Source: a virus
Lineage: Duplodnaviria; Caudoviricetes
DNA length: 54,272 nt
Direction: 5' to 3' (one strand)
IMG/VR virus record: IMGVR_UViG_3300012663_000565
Span: 1 to 54,272 of that record
Shown here piece by piece: positions 19,092 through 33,900 of this stretch; position 1 is the first letter of the stretch; the number at the start of each line of letters is the position of its first letter. The translations under genes were made by a program, and so were the position numbers. Under the pieces are notes generated by a model, which saw nothing but the letters and a program-made list of their open reading frames with translations, did no database searches and was not told where the DNA came from.

Positions 19092-21280
19092 TATATTGTA
19101 CCAGTAAAAATTATATAGTTAATAGTTAAATAAGGATTCATCGTAGTAAACGGTTGTCCTAACGGAGAAACATTAAGGATCCCTCCACTATTTTGTAAGC
19201 CCGAGCCTGTACTAGTTTCTGGCATACCGAGTCCCGGAAATGCATTGTTATCAGCACCTGCACCTGGCAAGCCTGCCGCAAAATATTGCGCATTTCCGCT
19301 GTTTAAATTGTGTTTGTGTTCTGGCAAATTATTTGGTTGTAAAGTACTAGTTTCAAGTCCAGACTGTGCGCCAAGTATATCTGCGGTAACATCAGTTACA
19401 ACATTGGCAGAGCCGCCGCCGGCGTCAAGTGTATTAACAGGATCATTAGGCGCAGGAATAGTTAAAGGTAATCCAGTAACTGAATCTACGTTTTCCATAT
19501 TATCTCGGCCAAGTGGAAATCTGCCTCGTAAATCAGGAAGGGCAAATGTACCTTCACCACGAAGTGTTCCAATGGTATATATGTTCTGGATAACACCATA
19601 TAACAACGGGTACTTTGATATTAACACTTCACTACCGTCACACAACAAATAACCCGATGGAACTACTGAACCAGCAAATGGAAAAATTGATCCAGGTGGT
19701 ACTGTAGCAACGTTGTTCATAAACGCAGCTTTAGTAATTTTTCTTAGGCCACCAGTTGTGCCCGGGCGGAATAATAACATCACATCGGTCAATCCTGAGC
19801 TGGTAATCTCTGTCTTATTAGTAATAAAGTCAGGACTAATTTTTGCTGTGAATATAGCAGGATCGTCTCCTTGACCATCAAAACTAATAGTATTACTAGT
19901 TACATCACTTTTTCTATCTTGAGCACTTAACGTGTTATCTAAACTATCGCCAAGATAAAACCGTGTAGGACTTGCTAATTGAGATGCGGTGCCGCTTATA
20001 CTACCTGTTACTGATCCTGTAATATTTCCCACAAATTCGCCAATAAAAGAATTAGCATAAACAGAATTAAATTTGCGAGTAGATGATCCAATGTTGTATT
20101 TTCCGCTGGCCGAGTCTGACCCCGGTAAAATAGCGCCAGTCAAAGATGTATCAATAACAGGATCAAAATTAAGATCTAAATTATTAACATAAATTTTTCC
20201 ATAAGTAGTAATGTCTCCGCCAAAGTTGCTGTCAAAATTAACAGACAGTCCTCCGTTAGTTACAATGCTTCCTACGCCAACTCCAGTTGAGTTAGTAGAA
20301 CTAGTGGTGTAAATGTTTCCGCTGGCAGCAATATTTCCTAACACATCAAGTACTTCTTGAGGGCTAGAATTATTTTCACCTAATCCAATTTTGCCACTAG
20401 GATCAATGTGTACAAGTGTTGTAGAAGTATTGATATTGATATCAATACTGCCGCCTGCCTTCAATGACTTTAATGTTGCAGTATTTCCACTAGTGCTGAT
20501 TTGAAAACTTAAATCTGCACCTAGTGCAATTCCAGAATCGTTTCTAACATTAAATTGATTGTTGCTTGTGCTAGGAATATCTCCCCTTAAGAAATTTGCC
20601 GCTGCAATAGGAGAGCCACTAACATTAAGTGCATCGGCCCTGCTAGCAGTTCCCCAAAATTTTGTAGGAGCCGTTGTGCTAGTTGAGTTAACTGTTGTTA
20701 GGTTAACTCCACTGTTAATTGTAGCAAAACCTAAAATAGTAGTTTTAGGATTAAACGATTCTGAACTAATAATTGAAACTCTTTGATTAGTTGAATAAAA
20801 TGTTAAAACTGCATGATCAACGTTATCAGTATCTGTGATTACCTCAAGCTCTGGTCCAGTTTTTAATCCAGAACTGTATTGAGGGCCGACTAATAACCAA
20901 TTACTACCAGAGTAAATGTACAACTGCTGATTATTAGTATCAACCCATAAGTCACCCTTAATACTGTTTGCAACACTGGGCGCCAAGGCTGCTTTTTTAA
21001 CTGCACCTGCCGCTGTCCACGCAGTACCGTCCCATACTTTAAGTAAGTTTACACCTACAGTATTATCGTACCATAGTTGTCCTTGTACAGGGTTTGGTGG
21101 TTCTGTTGACTTTGCAAAATTTTCTAAAAGATGTAAAAAATTTTCAGCTAGTACGGTGCCGTAGTTTGCATAATTTTTACCAGGAAACGCAATACTTTTT
21201 TCAGTATTAAGCGACCCGTCTTCAACAATAATTTCTGGTTTAGCAGGAGTAGTTTCTGTAAATTTGACCGAGTATGCCAT
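19091..21280 (-). CDS. Short tail fibre-like protein with tail collar domain
   Basis: VPPGSIFPFAG..VPSGYLLCDG...FALPDLRGRFPLG...LPEHKH...MNPYLTINYII, plus the same N-terminal module. Confidence 0.8.
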   Translation of the reverse strand: MAYSVKFTETTPAKPEIIVEDGSLNTEKSIAFPGKNYANYGTVLAENFLHLLENFAKSTEPPNPVQGQLWYDNTVGVNLLKVWDGTAWTAAGAVKKAALAPSVANSIKGDLWVDTNNQQLYIYSGSNWLLVGPQYSSGLKTGPELEVITDTDNVDHAVLTFYSTNQRVSIISSESFNPKTTILGFATINSGVNLTTVNSTSTTAPTKFWGTASRADALNVSGSPIAAANFLRGDIPSTSNNQFNVRNDSGIALGADLSFQISTSGNTATLKSLKAGGSIDININTSTTLVHIDPSGKIGLGENNSSPQEVLDVLGNIAASGNIYTTSSTNSTGVGVGSIVTNGGLSVNFDSNFGGDITTYGKIYVNNLDLNFDPVIDTSLTGAILPGSDSASGKYNIGSSTRKFNSVYANSFIGEFVGNITGSVTGSISGTASQLASPTRFYLGDSLDNTLSAQDRKSDVTSNTISFDGQGDDPAIFTAKISPDFITNKTEITSSGLTDVMLLFRPGTTGGLRKITKAAFMNNVATVPPGSIFPFAGSVVPSGYLLCDGSEVLISKYPLLYGVIQNIYTIGTLRGEGTFALPDLRGRFPLGRDNMENVDSVTGLPLTIPAPNDPVNTLDAGGGSANVVTDVTADILGAQSGLETSTLQPNNLPEHKHNLNSGNAQYFAAGLPGAGADNNAFPGLGMPETSTGSGLQNSGGILNVSPLGQPFTTMNPYLTINYIIFTGTI

Positions 21281-21283
21281 TTA

Positions 21284-21892
21284 TTATACTCCCACTAAGC
21301 CTGTAAGGCTCTGTATTCTTACTGTGTAATCAACTTGTATTAAACGGTTTAATGATTTTTGTACAGGATGAAAAATAACATGGGTCAATAATAAACTATT
21401 GCCAGTTGCACTGTAACTTTTTAAGCCAAGCTCGTCAAATACATATGCACTTTCATTATTTGTAGTGTTATCATACGCTTGCTGATCAGCTGGTTCGCCG
21501 TAATCTAATAGGCACGTAATAAACACATCTGAATAATTTGTGCCAGTCACATGTCGTGTTTCAACAAAATTTCTGTTGGGATCAACATTATTAGTTGATC
21601 GGTCATCAACTACTTTAGCATAAGTTTGATTGTACAAACTAGCATTGCTACCCGAACTATTTGGGGTTAGATATGTAATAATACCTGTTGGATCAACTGC
21701 TGTTCCACCGTTGCCAAATGCCATTTGGTATATAGATCCGTTACCCGAATTTGAAATGCTTTGTGCCAATGCAATACTCATGTTTTCATAATGAATTGCA
21801 TTACGTTTATTAACATATACTTCTCCGGATACAGGGTCACTGATCTTAATATGACCTTCTATATGTACGCCAGTTGTGTCTTTACTCTGCAT
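21284..21892 (-). CDS. Virion structural protein (baseplate region)
   Basis: 202 aa (NAIHYENMS, FDELGL, LTHVIFHPVQKSLNR), located between baseplate and fibre genes, with a late box upstream. Confidence 0.6.
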   Translation of the reverse strand: MQSKDTTGVHIEGHIKISDPVSGEVYVNKRNAIHYENMSIALAQSISNSGNGSIYQMAFGNGGTAVDPTGIITYLTPNSSGSNASLYNQTYAKVVDDRSTNNVDPNRNFVETRHVTGTNYSDVFITCLLDYGEPADQQAYDNTTNNESAYVFDELGLKSYSATGNSLLLTHVIFHPVQKSLNRLIQVDYTVRIQSLTGLVGV

Positions 21893-21913
21893 ATAAAATC
21901 TCTCTTTATAGTG

Positions 21914-21920
21914 TATTTAT
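21914..21920 (-). promoter_or_regulatory. Late promoter-like box
   Basis: ATAAATA on the minus strand upstream of ATG 21892. Confidence 0.6.
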
Positions 21921-21944
21921 CAAGTACTATTAACCGATAGTTTA

Positions 21945-24900
21945 TTAGGACTTCTGTATATTAGTATGCCATATTCCCGGAGTTGCTTTTAGGAAATTTG
22001 CAATTTTTCCATCATCAATTAAGATATTAGGAGTTGTTTTACCATCCCAGTCTAATCCAGTTCGTTTAACTATAGTAACGATAGTGCCCGGTGCTACTGG
22101 GTTTGTTAATCGAATTGTACTAGTACCATTAACTGAAAACTCTGCTTCGTGAACTTCATCGCCCTCAGGGCTTTCTGGATGCACTAACGGGCTATACGTT
22201 TTAAATGGTTTCTTTTTAAGGCGTGTGCCGCCAACAAATACTTCAATGTCGTCAGCTTGGCTGTAATTGACAGGGATTGTGCCTATTTGCATCCATTTAT
22301 CGCTAGTGGCTGGATCAGTAATACTACTTGGAATTGGTAGGTTTGTTACTGGATCTATTTCAATTGTATACTGTACAGTGTTAACATAGTAGTAATTATT
22401 CGCTCTTACAACATCATTAATCAAATACTGCTTTGTATTCGAATATGTGCCTAAAGGCAACGAATAATTAAATTCTGTAAACCACGGGTCAATCGGTGAT
22501 GCAGTAGGTGTTATATTTGAATTAACAAAAATTCCCGAACTGTTGTCGATTGTAATCTTATCTGTAATAAAACTATCAGTATATGGTATTGTCTGGGACA
22601 CGCCAATATCTACTACATATGCATCTGCAGGATGTGTAACCGGAGTTCCTGTTCCAAGTGTACCGCGGCGTAACTGACTTAGCACATTTCCATTTATAGC
22701 AAAGTACTCTATACGTTCACCTCGAATTTCAATAGCGCCTGGTCTATTTTTAGAAGGATTAGGTATATCAAAGTTAGTTGCATCTACTAACGTAATAGTA
22801 GTGTCTAAATAATGTAACGGTGTAGCAAGTCGAGTTTGTTTATTTGCACTTAGGCGTTTAAAGTGAGTTCTGTTTAATATATCTTTAAACTGCATATATG
22901 ACACACCTGCACTTAGCACATTACTACCGTAAGTGATAAACGTAAACTCGTCTGTTTGATCAGGAGATAACGCCAACGTAATACTCTTCTTATCTGCATT
23001 AAGTTTAAAATCAACGCTAGGAGTTAATAGTGTACCGTTCTTTAATACCCAAACATAATTGTCGTCAATTACTGTTCTATCTAGAAGAATGTATCCGCCT
23101 GAAACTCCAAAGTAGTTATAATACTCAGTAGTATCAGGAGTGATTGATAAATTAGAGGTTACAGTAATTGCAGTACGTTGAACATCAAGAATATCATGCT
23201 TATACGAACTTGTAACTTCAATATAAGTTGGATCATCATATTCTTGTGCAAATACAATTCGTGGCGGTGTTGTATTGGTCCTTGGAATATATTGATACTC
23301 ATTACCTGTTGCAATACTAATCACTAGTTGTTGATTTAAATTAGCCTTGCGGACTAAGTCATTAATCTTAATTGTGATACCAGATAAATCAACAGTATAA
23401 TCTTTTCCAAGCTCTAACAATTTACCAGCAGCAAGAACAACAATATTATTAATTGAAACAGTATATGGTAGGAATTTTGTAGAATCAATTGTGTAATTAA
23501 CCTTAGTTCCAGCAATTTTAAAGTAGCTGTTGTTTGGTCCTTTTAAGAAAGTCTGGTCAACTCGAACTAACATATTAGATTCTGCCGGTAACGCATCGCC
23601 AACATCGTAAATTAAGTCATACGTATCAGTGCCAGTTGGAGCAATCTTCTGTGTTTTAGTTATTGCAAATGTTTGTTGTGTACCGCTAACAATAATGTAA
23701 TTAATTATTTCAGCATTAAATGGAGGAATTATAAATCTAAGACCAATTTTATTAGGAGCATCATATGTATTATCAGTTTTAAATAGCTGAGGGGATACCG
23801 GAATACCGTCAACATAAACTAAAGATGTAACATTATCTACCCATGGTGCTTTAGTAATAAACTCATATGTTGTACCATCACCAATAAAATAATCTAAGTC
23901 TAAAATGTTTGATCCACTAAATCCAATACTAAAGATTGATATCAACAAGCCTTCAGCAGGAGCAACATCAAATTTAATAATGCCAGCTGGATAATCAATT
24001 GAATAATCACCGTCTTCAATAGCTGAAAACTTTTCTGTTTTTATACTTGATACAGATGATAATAGTTGTGTTGTTGGATCTCTATAGCCTTCAGTAGTCT
24101 TAACTACTACTGCCCATACGCTGTTTGGTGTTTGAGTAATTTTAAATTCTCGATTTGTTCCATCAGCAGTATAACTATCAACACGAATCGCTGCACTTCC
24201 GGTACTTGCTTTATCAAATACTTTAATTGCAACTGCATCAACTATCTGGCCAGGAACTACTTCTTCAGGAGCAGGACTAGTAGTAGGAGATACAAAATCA
24301 TCGCCGTCAATAATAATTTCATCAGGAGCAATACCCGATGCTGTTGTGAAAGCACCCGCAAATGTATTCAATGTTCCACCAGATAACGCAGTATCATAAT
24401 CTAACTCTGATGGTTTAATTGATCCGTCACTAGTACTCTTACGAATAATAATTTGATCACCGTCATTAACTGTAATACCAAGCGGCCCAATATCAACTTC
24501 ATTGTCAGTAACAATAGGTAAAAGGATATCACTATCAACACGCACAGGCGATAACAATGAGCTCACTGTGAGCTCGTTATTAGGGTGCAATGGTAGTGCT
24601 AACGTCATTGTCCCGCTCTTTGGTATTGTATAATCTGCAAGCAATTTAAGGGTTCTAACAAATGTTGCAGTTGGTAATGTTGGTGATACTATCGTTAAGT
24701 TTGGAACAATATCTTTAATTATTAGTTGATTTAACTGTACTCGAGTAGAGTCAATGATTTCAGTAATAGTAGTGTTTAGTTGTATTGCTTCAGGTATATT
24801 AGGTGTAATTGATAATACATCGCCTACTTTTAATCCGGCAGTGCTAGTAACATGCAATACACTAAGCAAGTTTACATTCTTTGTAAAATATAAATTACCA

Positions 24901-27900
24901 GATGGAGCATTATTTGGAGATGCACTTATTGTTACTACTGTACTATTAATAATATTTTTTACAACTTGACGAGATCCTGGAGTTGGATTGATTGCAAATC
25001 CTGTACCAATAATTGACATGCCTTCTTCAATTCCGGTAGTATCATCAAGTACCAAATATCTTGGTATGTTAACAACTACTGCTTGATTAGTAGTTGTTAA
25101 CAACTCAATAGCAAGACCCCCTACAGTAGCACTAACTGAGAATTTAAACGAGCTAAATTGTGGAAGAACATAAAACGTAGTTCCGGCAGCTAATCCGGCA
25201 AATGTTGAACTAAACGAAATTGGCATCCAATCAATAAATGCAACTGTGCTATCTACTGTAATGTCTCTACCGGATGCCTCAGATGCAATAACTGAAGTTA
25301 CTAGCGATGCCCTAACAAATTCGCTTACTATACCTATAGTGCTAACGTCAGTAGAAACTTTAACCAATGGATTAACATATTGTACATTGTAATTAAATGT
25401 ATTATTAGTAATCTCAGGAGTATCTACATCAAATATTGCATGATAAACATTTAACTCATCGGTTATGGACGGAGTGTATGGTAACGTAAATATTTCAGTA
25501 CCTGCACTAACTGTTGCAATATAGTCGTCAAACTCTGTATCAGTTATTGCCCACTTATCAGCAAGGTACGGCAAGCTATCCCAACCCGTTGCAATGTCAA
25601 ATCCCATGCCGTTAACTACTACACCGCCGTAGTCAATACCTGTCATTAACTGTGCTAAATCTTTTCCTAAGTCACCTGTTTTAGGATCATAATAGAATTG
25701 TATTCTGTCAGCAGCATTTAAGATTGACCAATCTTTTAAGTAACTGACTGTTATGATAGCGCCATTAGCAGGTGCAGTCTCAAATGTTATTAGTCCACTA
25801 TAACTAGTATATCCTCTAGTTGTTGATTTTTTAGTTGACAATGCATATGTGTCTCTTAATACATCAACTGTGTAAGACGAAGATCGATCTTTACTTGTAA
25901 CGGTTGCTTTACCAATCCTAACATCTGGTGCCCAAGTTAACGGGAATTGTAATTGAGATCCAGTGCCAACTAACGTATCGGTTTCTTGTAGAGAGGAAAT
26001 AAAATACGTTTGAGTAGTACGATCAAATTTCATCTTAATTAAGTTTGATCGAACAACACCCTTGCCAATAGTTGCAATAATTCTTGCAGTAATACCAACT
26101 GTTCCACCTTCTAATTCAACAGTTGGTGCTGATAGATATCCCTTGCCAGGTGTTAATAAAACTATCCTATTAACAGCTCCGTTAGAAATAAAAGCTCTTG
26201 CAGTAGCACCGGTACCCGAATTGCTAGTAATTCTTACAGTTGGTGCAATCTGATAGCCAGAGCCGCCGTCAATGATAGATAATTCTGTAACTACAAATCC
26301 AACATTATCTAACCAGTGCTTCCATGGGTAAGTATTAATTGTATCAAGGTTAGCCTCAATTTTTCCGTTTGATGTTGTAAAAATAGGTTCTAAACTATTG
26401 TCATTAAACACCGGCGGTAGATCAAAGTCAGTTACTGAAGATGCACTAGTATCTAAACTAGCGTAATTGCTAATGTACTCTCGAACTTTAGTTCTATACG
26501 GTTTTACTTCTGTAATATAAGATTCATAATCAGATAAGTTGTCATTTTTATATGTTACTAACTGATGTAAGTTGCCAACATTGTGGCGAGCTGTTACAAA
26601 ACTGGTTTTAAAGGCCCAATCAATATAAGTTTGTTCTGTAAATGCATAACGAACACTAGTAAAGAATAAGTTTAAAAATTCTTGTCTTAAATTGTCTATT
26701 AAAATATCATGTTTTAATGCATTTAAAATAACACGCAATTCTGTAGCAGCACTATTATCAAAATAAGTACCGTCATATAACGAACCGTCATATCCATAAA
26801 CAGTATCAGAAAATTCATACAATGCTGAACTTAATTGAATTGTGCCGTTTTCTTTTCCAACAACAGTGTAACTTTGTGTCCAGTCAACTGATGGCGAGTT
26901 ATTAGTTTTTTGCAACAATAACCAAGTACTAGAACTAGTTGTTTTAATCTTAACAAGTTTTCCAATATCTGGAGATATGTTGTTTAAATCAGCAAACGTG
27001 TTTACTAAGAAATCCGACGATGTAAACTGATTAAAGCCATCGGCAAACCAATCTACATAATTCCAATATAGAGTAGTATTGTATGCCTGAGAACGAACTC
27101 GTGACCAAAGAGCAGTCGACGGTTCATATGAATAAATGCTCCAAACATTGTTTGATAATTCATCTGATCGAACTAGTATAGAGTAATTTCTTACAGACAA
27201 TATCGTAGTATCATCGTATCCAACACCGGATGAAATTACTTCAACATCGATTATTTTTCCAGACGAATTAATAATTGCTCGTAATTTTGCTCCAGTGCCT
27301 GAGCCAGTAACATCAATGTATGGCGCACGTAAGTAACCGTTTCCTTTTTCGATTAAGTTTATGCCAACAATTCTTCCATCAACAATAACCGGAGTAACTA
27401 CTGGTTTTCTAAAAGTTCCAATACTAGCATATTGTAATTCAACATTGTAATCAATCTCAGTATCATATAACCCAGTTATACTACTAGGGGCAGGATCAAC
27501 TAATTCTAAGTTTGCAATATTTCTAGTATCAACAATTAATTGTTTAATTAATACTGCATTAACTTGTTCAACTACTTGTTTTAATGCTTCAAATCTATTA
27601 ACAAACATACCTTGTCTTGGACGATTTTCAATACCGTATTGTAACTTAACTGGTAATGCAGAGTCAGGCACAACACGATCAGCAATATCTTTTCCGCACA
27701 AACTGTCGATCCACTTTTGTTCTAATGCGGTTGGTATAATAGAATTAATATCAGTTGATATTAGCTTCCATTGACTGTGAATATTCTGTTCAATGTTATC
27801 AGTTATCCAATATTCTACTGACAACACTACGTCTTTATCTTCTAATAGCGGCTGAATATTAACTAAACTAAAACTGTTAGTGCTAGTTAATGCTAGATAT

Positions 27901-30900
27901 TTGTATCCGTATCCTCTTGGATTACCAATAAGACTTGCAACGTCAGATGCCGGTAAATTTCTACCTGGCACTGGCGGAGTTATTTTTTTATTTTTTACCC
28001 AGTAGTAGTATGTCTTTTTCTTAGTCTTACTAATAGAATCGTACTTCTGAGAAACACTGTATGCAGCATTACCATATAAACTTTGTCCGCTAATACCTAA
28101 TGCAAGGCCGGCTTCAGTATCTGCTTGAGCATCCCAATCTGCAGGTAGTAGTGTGCTAGATACCCATTCAAATATATCAATACTTGCGCCCGGAAATAAA
28201 GTGTTCCATGTGCTATTTCTATAAACAACGTCACTGCCATCATTGCTATCAATGAATTTGGCGTTTCTTAAATCCCACCATAACGAGCCAACTTGAGAAC
28301 TTGCCCAAGCTAATCCGTCATCAACTGTTACGTTAGTAGTACCAACTGAATAGGTAGCAGGATCATAAAATGTTTTATATTTAATTTCTTGATCAGCAAT
28401 TCCTGGAATCTTTCCTTGAGCTGAATCAATAATGTCAATATAACTTATTAGCTGATTAGTTAGTTTGTTATATAAAAATGCTTTTTTAATTTTCTTAATG
28501 TCAGGCTTGTTACCTTCAGAGTGTACAAGATTCCAGCTATAAGAGTTTACAGCCTTTTTATATTCGTATATCTTTCCAGATGCAGTCCCGTTATTAACAA
28601 GAGCTGGAGCTCCTACAACTACTGAATTTGCGCCAACACCAAAGCCTGCACCATATTCTGAATTTAAATCTGTAAGATTTTGTAAACTTTCGCTGAAAAC
28701 CCAGTTAACATTATATTGATCATAAATGTCAATTCTTCCAGTATCTGGTCTGCTGTATAAGATGTCAGTAGTAGCATCGTCAAAGGTAGTTGTTCCAGCA
28801 TCAAAGTTAATAACATTACGCACGTCAGCATTAGGACTATAGACAACAAGCGTTTTGCCGCTGTTCATAAACGCTAGCTTACTACCAAAAAATGCAGCAG
28901 TTTCAGGGTTTAAATTAGTAAGAACTTGATGCTGTACATATGAAGTATTAGTTTTTTTGTAAACTGTTACATTGCCCTGATCTAATTTTAATCCGTCATA
29001 TAGTACTGAGCTAGCAGCAATGTATGAGCCGTCACCTGACACAGCAAGTCCTTCAGCAAACCGGACGTCAGTTCCAGGTAGGGTAGTAAACTGTACAAAA
29101 TTGGTTGGATCCATGGTTGAATTTGCATAGATAAACAATGATCCAGCCTGTGTAGTACCTGGCGCAGAAACTGCTAGTGTTGAACCATTAGTGCTGGCAG
29201 ATAAAGAAAATCCAAATTTATTACCTGGCTGCGTTGTTGCACTAATTCCAGAATCATTTGCATACTTCCAAGAAAGTATCGTAAATTGTAAATTTCCAGC
29301 TGGTTCTATATCAGGAGCAGCATTCAGGGTTAAAGTATTTGAATCATTTACTATTGCTACATATTGCCCGCTTGAAAATCCAAAGCCAACAACTTTCATT
29401 CCAACTTCAATACCAAGAGTATTAGACACCTTGATTACATTGTTGCTACTACCAATAGGATTGTATGTAGCATTAGCCATAACAGTTGTTAAGTAAGATA
29501 GTTGATAAACTCTACCTGCATTATTGTTATAACCAACTGCTCCAACAAATAAATTATTACCACTAAAGACTACGCTTGATCCAAAATTTTCATTTGAACT
29601 TGGCGACGGACTAATAATAGTATCAACTAAAGTAAAAATATTATTTGTGTCTTTCTTATAAATTGACACGACTCCTTGGCCCACAAGGGTTGAATTTTGT
29701 CCTGTTGAATCAACCGGAACGTATAATATTTTTTTCCATTGTGTTACATTAGCTGTAGGAGGTATTATATCTGTAAGAGAATTTATTGTCGGAGTTCTTA
29801 CTTGATAAAATAAAGAATTATGTTTGACAATTTTTCCTAGTGCATACGAAGTTCCTGAAACCCAGTCGCCAACATAGTTGGTACACACATTTTCAGCTAA
29901 TGGAATACCGGTTACTAACCAAGTACCGTCATTAGACATAGCAATTATATCACCTCGATAGTTTGGCTTTGCTACACCAAACGGCTCAATGGTAATAAAT
30001 GGTTTAATTATTGTATCGCGTTCAGTCCAGCGAGAATTAATGCTTGCCCTATCATAAATTTCTATTTCACCTAATCCGTTTGTTATGGCAACAAGAGTGC
30101 TTGTACTATTGAGAACAATACCTCGGCCTCGAGCAGAATCTAATATAGGTGATGTTGAATTAATCTCTGATGCGGTATAAACAGGATTATAGTTCCATGT
30201 TCCCCATTTGTTTGATCCAATATTGTCTGTCCATATGTAATCACCAGGTTTAGTAGATGTTCCAACTACTGAATCTATTACATCAATAGACGCAGCACGT
30301 TGTGATTTCAATGCTAACACAATTATACTGTCCAGGCCAGTAAATGGATCAGCTGGTGGCGTAAAGGTAGTAGGAACAGATACTGTTATAACATTTGAAC
30401 TAATAGATTTAATTTTATAAAATCCGTTAATTGGAGATGCTTGAGTAATACCAATATACGATCCTACTGGCAATGGTATGCTAACTGTTGTAGTTAGCTT
30501 TAACTCTTTAGTTGAAGCAGTGTACTTTACATCAGTAATATCAATAGATAAATCAGTATATCTATAAACATTCCACCCTTTATAATCTGCCCAGTTGTTA
30601 TTATCAAATCCGCACCAGACAGCATCGCCTTCAACAAAAGTAGATATGTCTTGGGTAAGAATATCATCAATTGATGATAATACAAGTTTTACTTGATCAG
30701 GACGAACATAACCAGGAGTTCTTAGATAAGGCTTATAATTTTTTATAATCGGCCATGGAGTATTATTATAACCAATAGGTTTTACATAAATGTCGTTGGC
30801 TGTTTTCCTAATAATAAAATCTGCAATAGTGTTATCAATACGATTAACAAGTTCAAAACCTTGAGGATTGTTTTTAAATTCAGCCTCATCCAAAACAAAT

Positions 30901-33900
30901 TCAATATTTTCAAACGCACCACTAGCGCCGTATTGACCTGTTCGGAACGCCCATTCTTCGTAGAAATCGATGCTGTCTTTGCCATCTGCACTTAATACAT
31001 CAAACAACTTATTAAGAACATTTTGTGTTCCTTTCTCAATAATCATTCCTTGATAAAACTTAAATTCGCTAACATCGTCTTGAATAATATTAGACAAATA
31101 TTGACGCTTTTGATATCCTATCAAATGCTGAGCAACCTGTTGTTGATTGTTATCAAAATTATCACTATCTAAACTGTAAAAATCTGCAAATTGCGTTGCT
31201 TTATAATTCCAATTAGGTATTAGCGATGCAGTTGGTTTTTCCTTAAGTTTTGCCCAGTCGGAATTATTAAACAGTTCTACGCCTGGTAAGAAAGTTTTTG
31301 CACTGTAATAAAATTCTTTATATTTTACAATGTCACCTAAATTATAGTCCTTCCATTGTTCCCATAACTGTATAGTTGCTTGATCAAATATAAATCCAGG
31401 CACATCAAACGAGCCATTCCAATTTGTACTAACATATCCGGCAACTTTTATACGTTCTTGTCTATATCCACTTTCTGCATTATAGATAGTGTCGTTAAAC
31501 ATTGTAGTATTATTAATAATAATAACTTGTTCTTTTTGTACAAGATAAAAACTTGCTCCAAAAATTCCGTCTGGACCTGTAGGAATATAACTTACTGAGT
31601 TAGTGTCTCTAAAGGAATTTAAAAAGTTAGGAGTAAGTGGAGTACCATCAACTTTAAAAATATCATAGCCGTTAAACGGATTTCGAATGTCATCAGCAAC
31701 TGCTAAAGGTGCAACAAATGTTAGTTTAGTAGCGGCAGGGCTTAATGAGATCACAGAACTACCTACTGTACTAAGACCCTCAAGTTTAACAAACTTTTCA
31801 AAATCAAACGTAGCACTTGGTGCTATTGCAGTAATAGCACTATAGTAGTCACCGTTGTATCGAACAATATCACCGAACAAGAACGATTGGTTAGGCAACC
31901 AATCAGCCCACTTATCCTCACCAGTAGACCAATTTTGTGTAGTCCAGAATAAGAATTCTTTAACACTAGTGTCCCAATTATACATTGCACCTTGAGTTGT
32001 GCTGTATTCGTCAAATACAAAACCTAAGTCTTTTAGATACTCTGCGTATCCTAAAATAAAATCTACAACTTCTTGTATAGAAGAAAACTTTGTTCCATAC
32101 GGAACAGTAATAGTAGTGTCTCTATCCCACGCCTTTCTTAAAATGCCATCAGCTCCGCCAACAACTGGTAAACGTGATAATTTTTCATAATACTGAGGAT
32201 TAAATTCTGTAGTAGTAGTGTGTAGCGATCTAGTTCTATAAAAGCTATTTTCAAACCTAACAATTTTACCTGCGGCATATCTAGAGTTTGTTGACCAAAT
32301 CATAAAAGATTCTGAGATGCCACCAACGTTTATAGTAATACCAGACTGAGTCCAGCCGTAGTATTTAAAGTACGGGGTTGTCCTGCTGTAACCCTTAACT
32401 TCAAATCCATCTGGTAATTTAGTAATAATAATACCGCTATACGTGATCTTCTTGACGGGGCTTGAACTGTTAAGAATAATGTCATAATCTTCTTGCGGTA
32501 CAAACACACTTCCTTGACTTAGTGGAGTTTTACTATCTAATAATAAATTAAATTTTTCTTTGCTAGTAAACCCACCAATGCGATGTGTTAATTTAGCCGA
32601 CATGTTTTCCAACTCGTACTTGTAAGCAGTATAAGATTTTAAATTGTCACTTAAAATGTAGTCAACAATGTAATTAATAATACCAGAAGTAAGTGTTTTA
32701 GTAGTGCTAGAATATATGTTTGGTAAAATAATGTCAGACGGTGTTATCCTTAATCCAGTATCTTTGTAGATTAGTTGTCCTGCAAGATTACGAATAACTT
32801 GCGATCTGTCTAATAATGTACCAAATGTTTTAGCAGGATGCATTAGCATCGATGCTAATAATACGCTAAAAGGATAATAACTGCTTCTTCTCCATGCTGC
32901 TTCTACAGGGCTTACATCGCCAAACACAAAATCACCTGTAGCAGATTGCGTAATAATACCAATAGCCAATCCTGATAAAATAGGACTTACTAGGTTGCCG
33001 TCACTGTCTGCAGGAATATGATCCATGATAAAAGGACGGGCAAACTTAGCATTTATTGTTGCTGGTTTATTTGGCTCACGGATAGTACCTGTCGCAATGT
33101 CTTGCCACATTACTTTATTTTCACTAGTAAATGGGGCGGCGCCATACACTGTAGTCCACCAGGCTGGTTCAATTGTAAACCCTAGCATCTCCCAAGGATG
33201 AGAATGCGGGCGGTCAGTATCAAACATCCAACGATAGACTCCCCTCCAATAACCAGGAACTTCTCGACCATCCGGGGAGGCAAGTCCGTTATAATTAAAT
33301 GTTAAAGAATTTGATCTATCATAGCTTAACGGTTTAGTAAAATCACGATCAATTAAACTAGTCCACTTGTAAAAACTAGGCGAAAGTACCTCATTAAATT
33401 CAGTAAGGCTATATTGAGTTGTTCTGTTATATCCGGGAATGATATCCAATATATCAAAAATATCACTATCGTATTGTACTTTAATATTATTAAAAATTCG
33501 CTTTTCTAACTCTAAAATAATATCATCTCGATAATCACCGTATGCTAAAATTTGACTGCCATCGTGTCCTTGTATCATCATACGAGGTGTTACTAGGGCA
33601 GTATCTTCGTAAATCATAGGTTCGTATTTTGGCCAAATTCCTAACTTAGTAGGAGTTGGCGGTACGAAGGATCCGTTTGTATTTTCATATTCATAGATCG
33701 TTAATACATCGTCATTTTGCAAGGTTGCAGAAATAACTACAAATCCCTGTGTATCAAAAGAATAATCTTTTCCAAATAATAATTGTGTTTCATTTAAGTA
33801 AACTAACACCGCAGTGGTTGATAGGTTATCTAAACTAAAAACACTAGTCAACGGATAAGTTTTAATTCGATAGTCAACAACAGTATAACTATTTTTTAAG

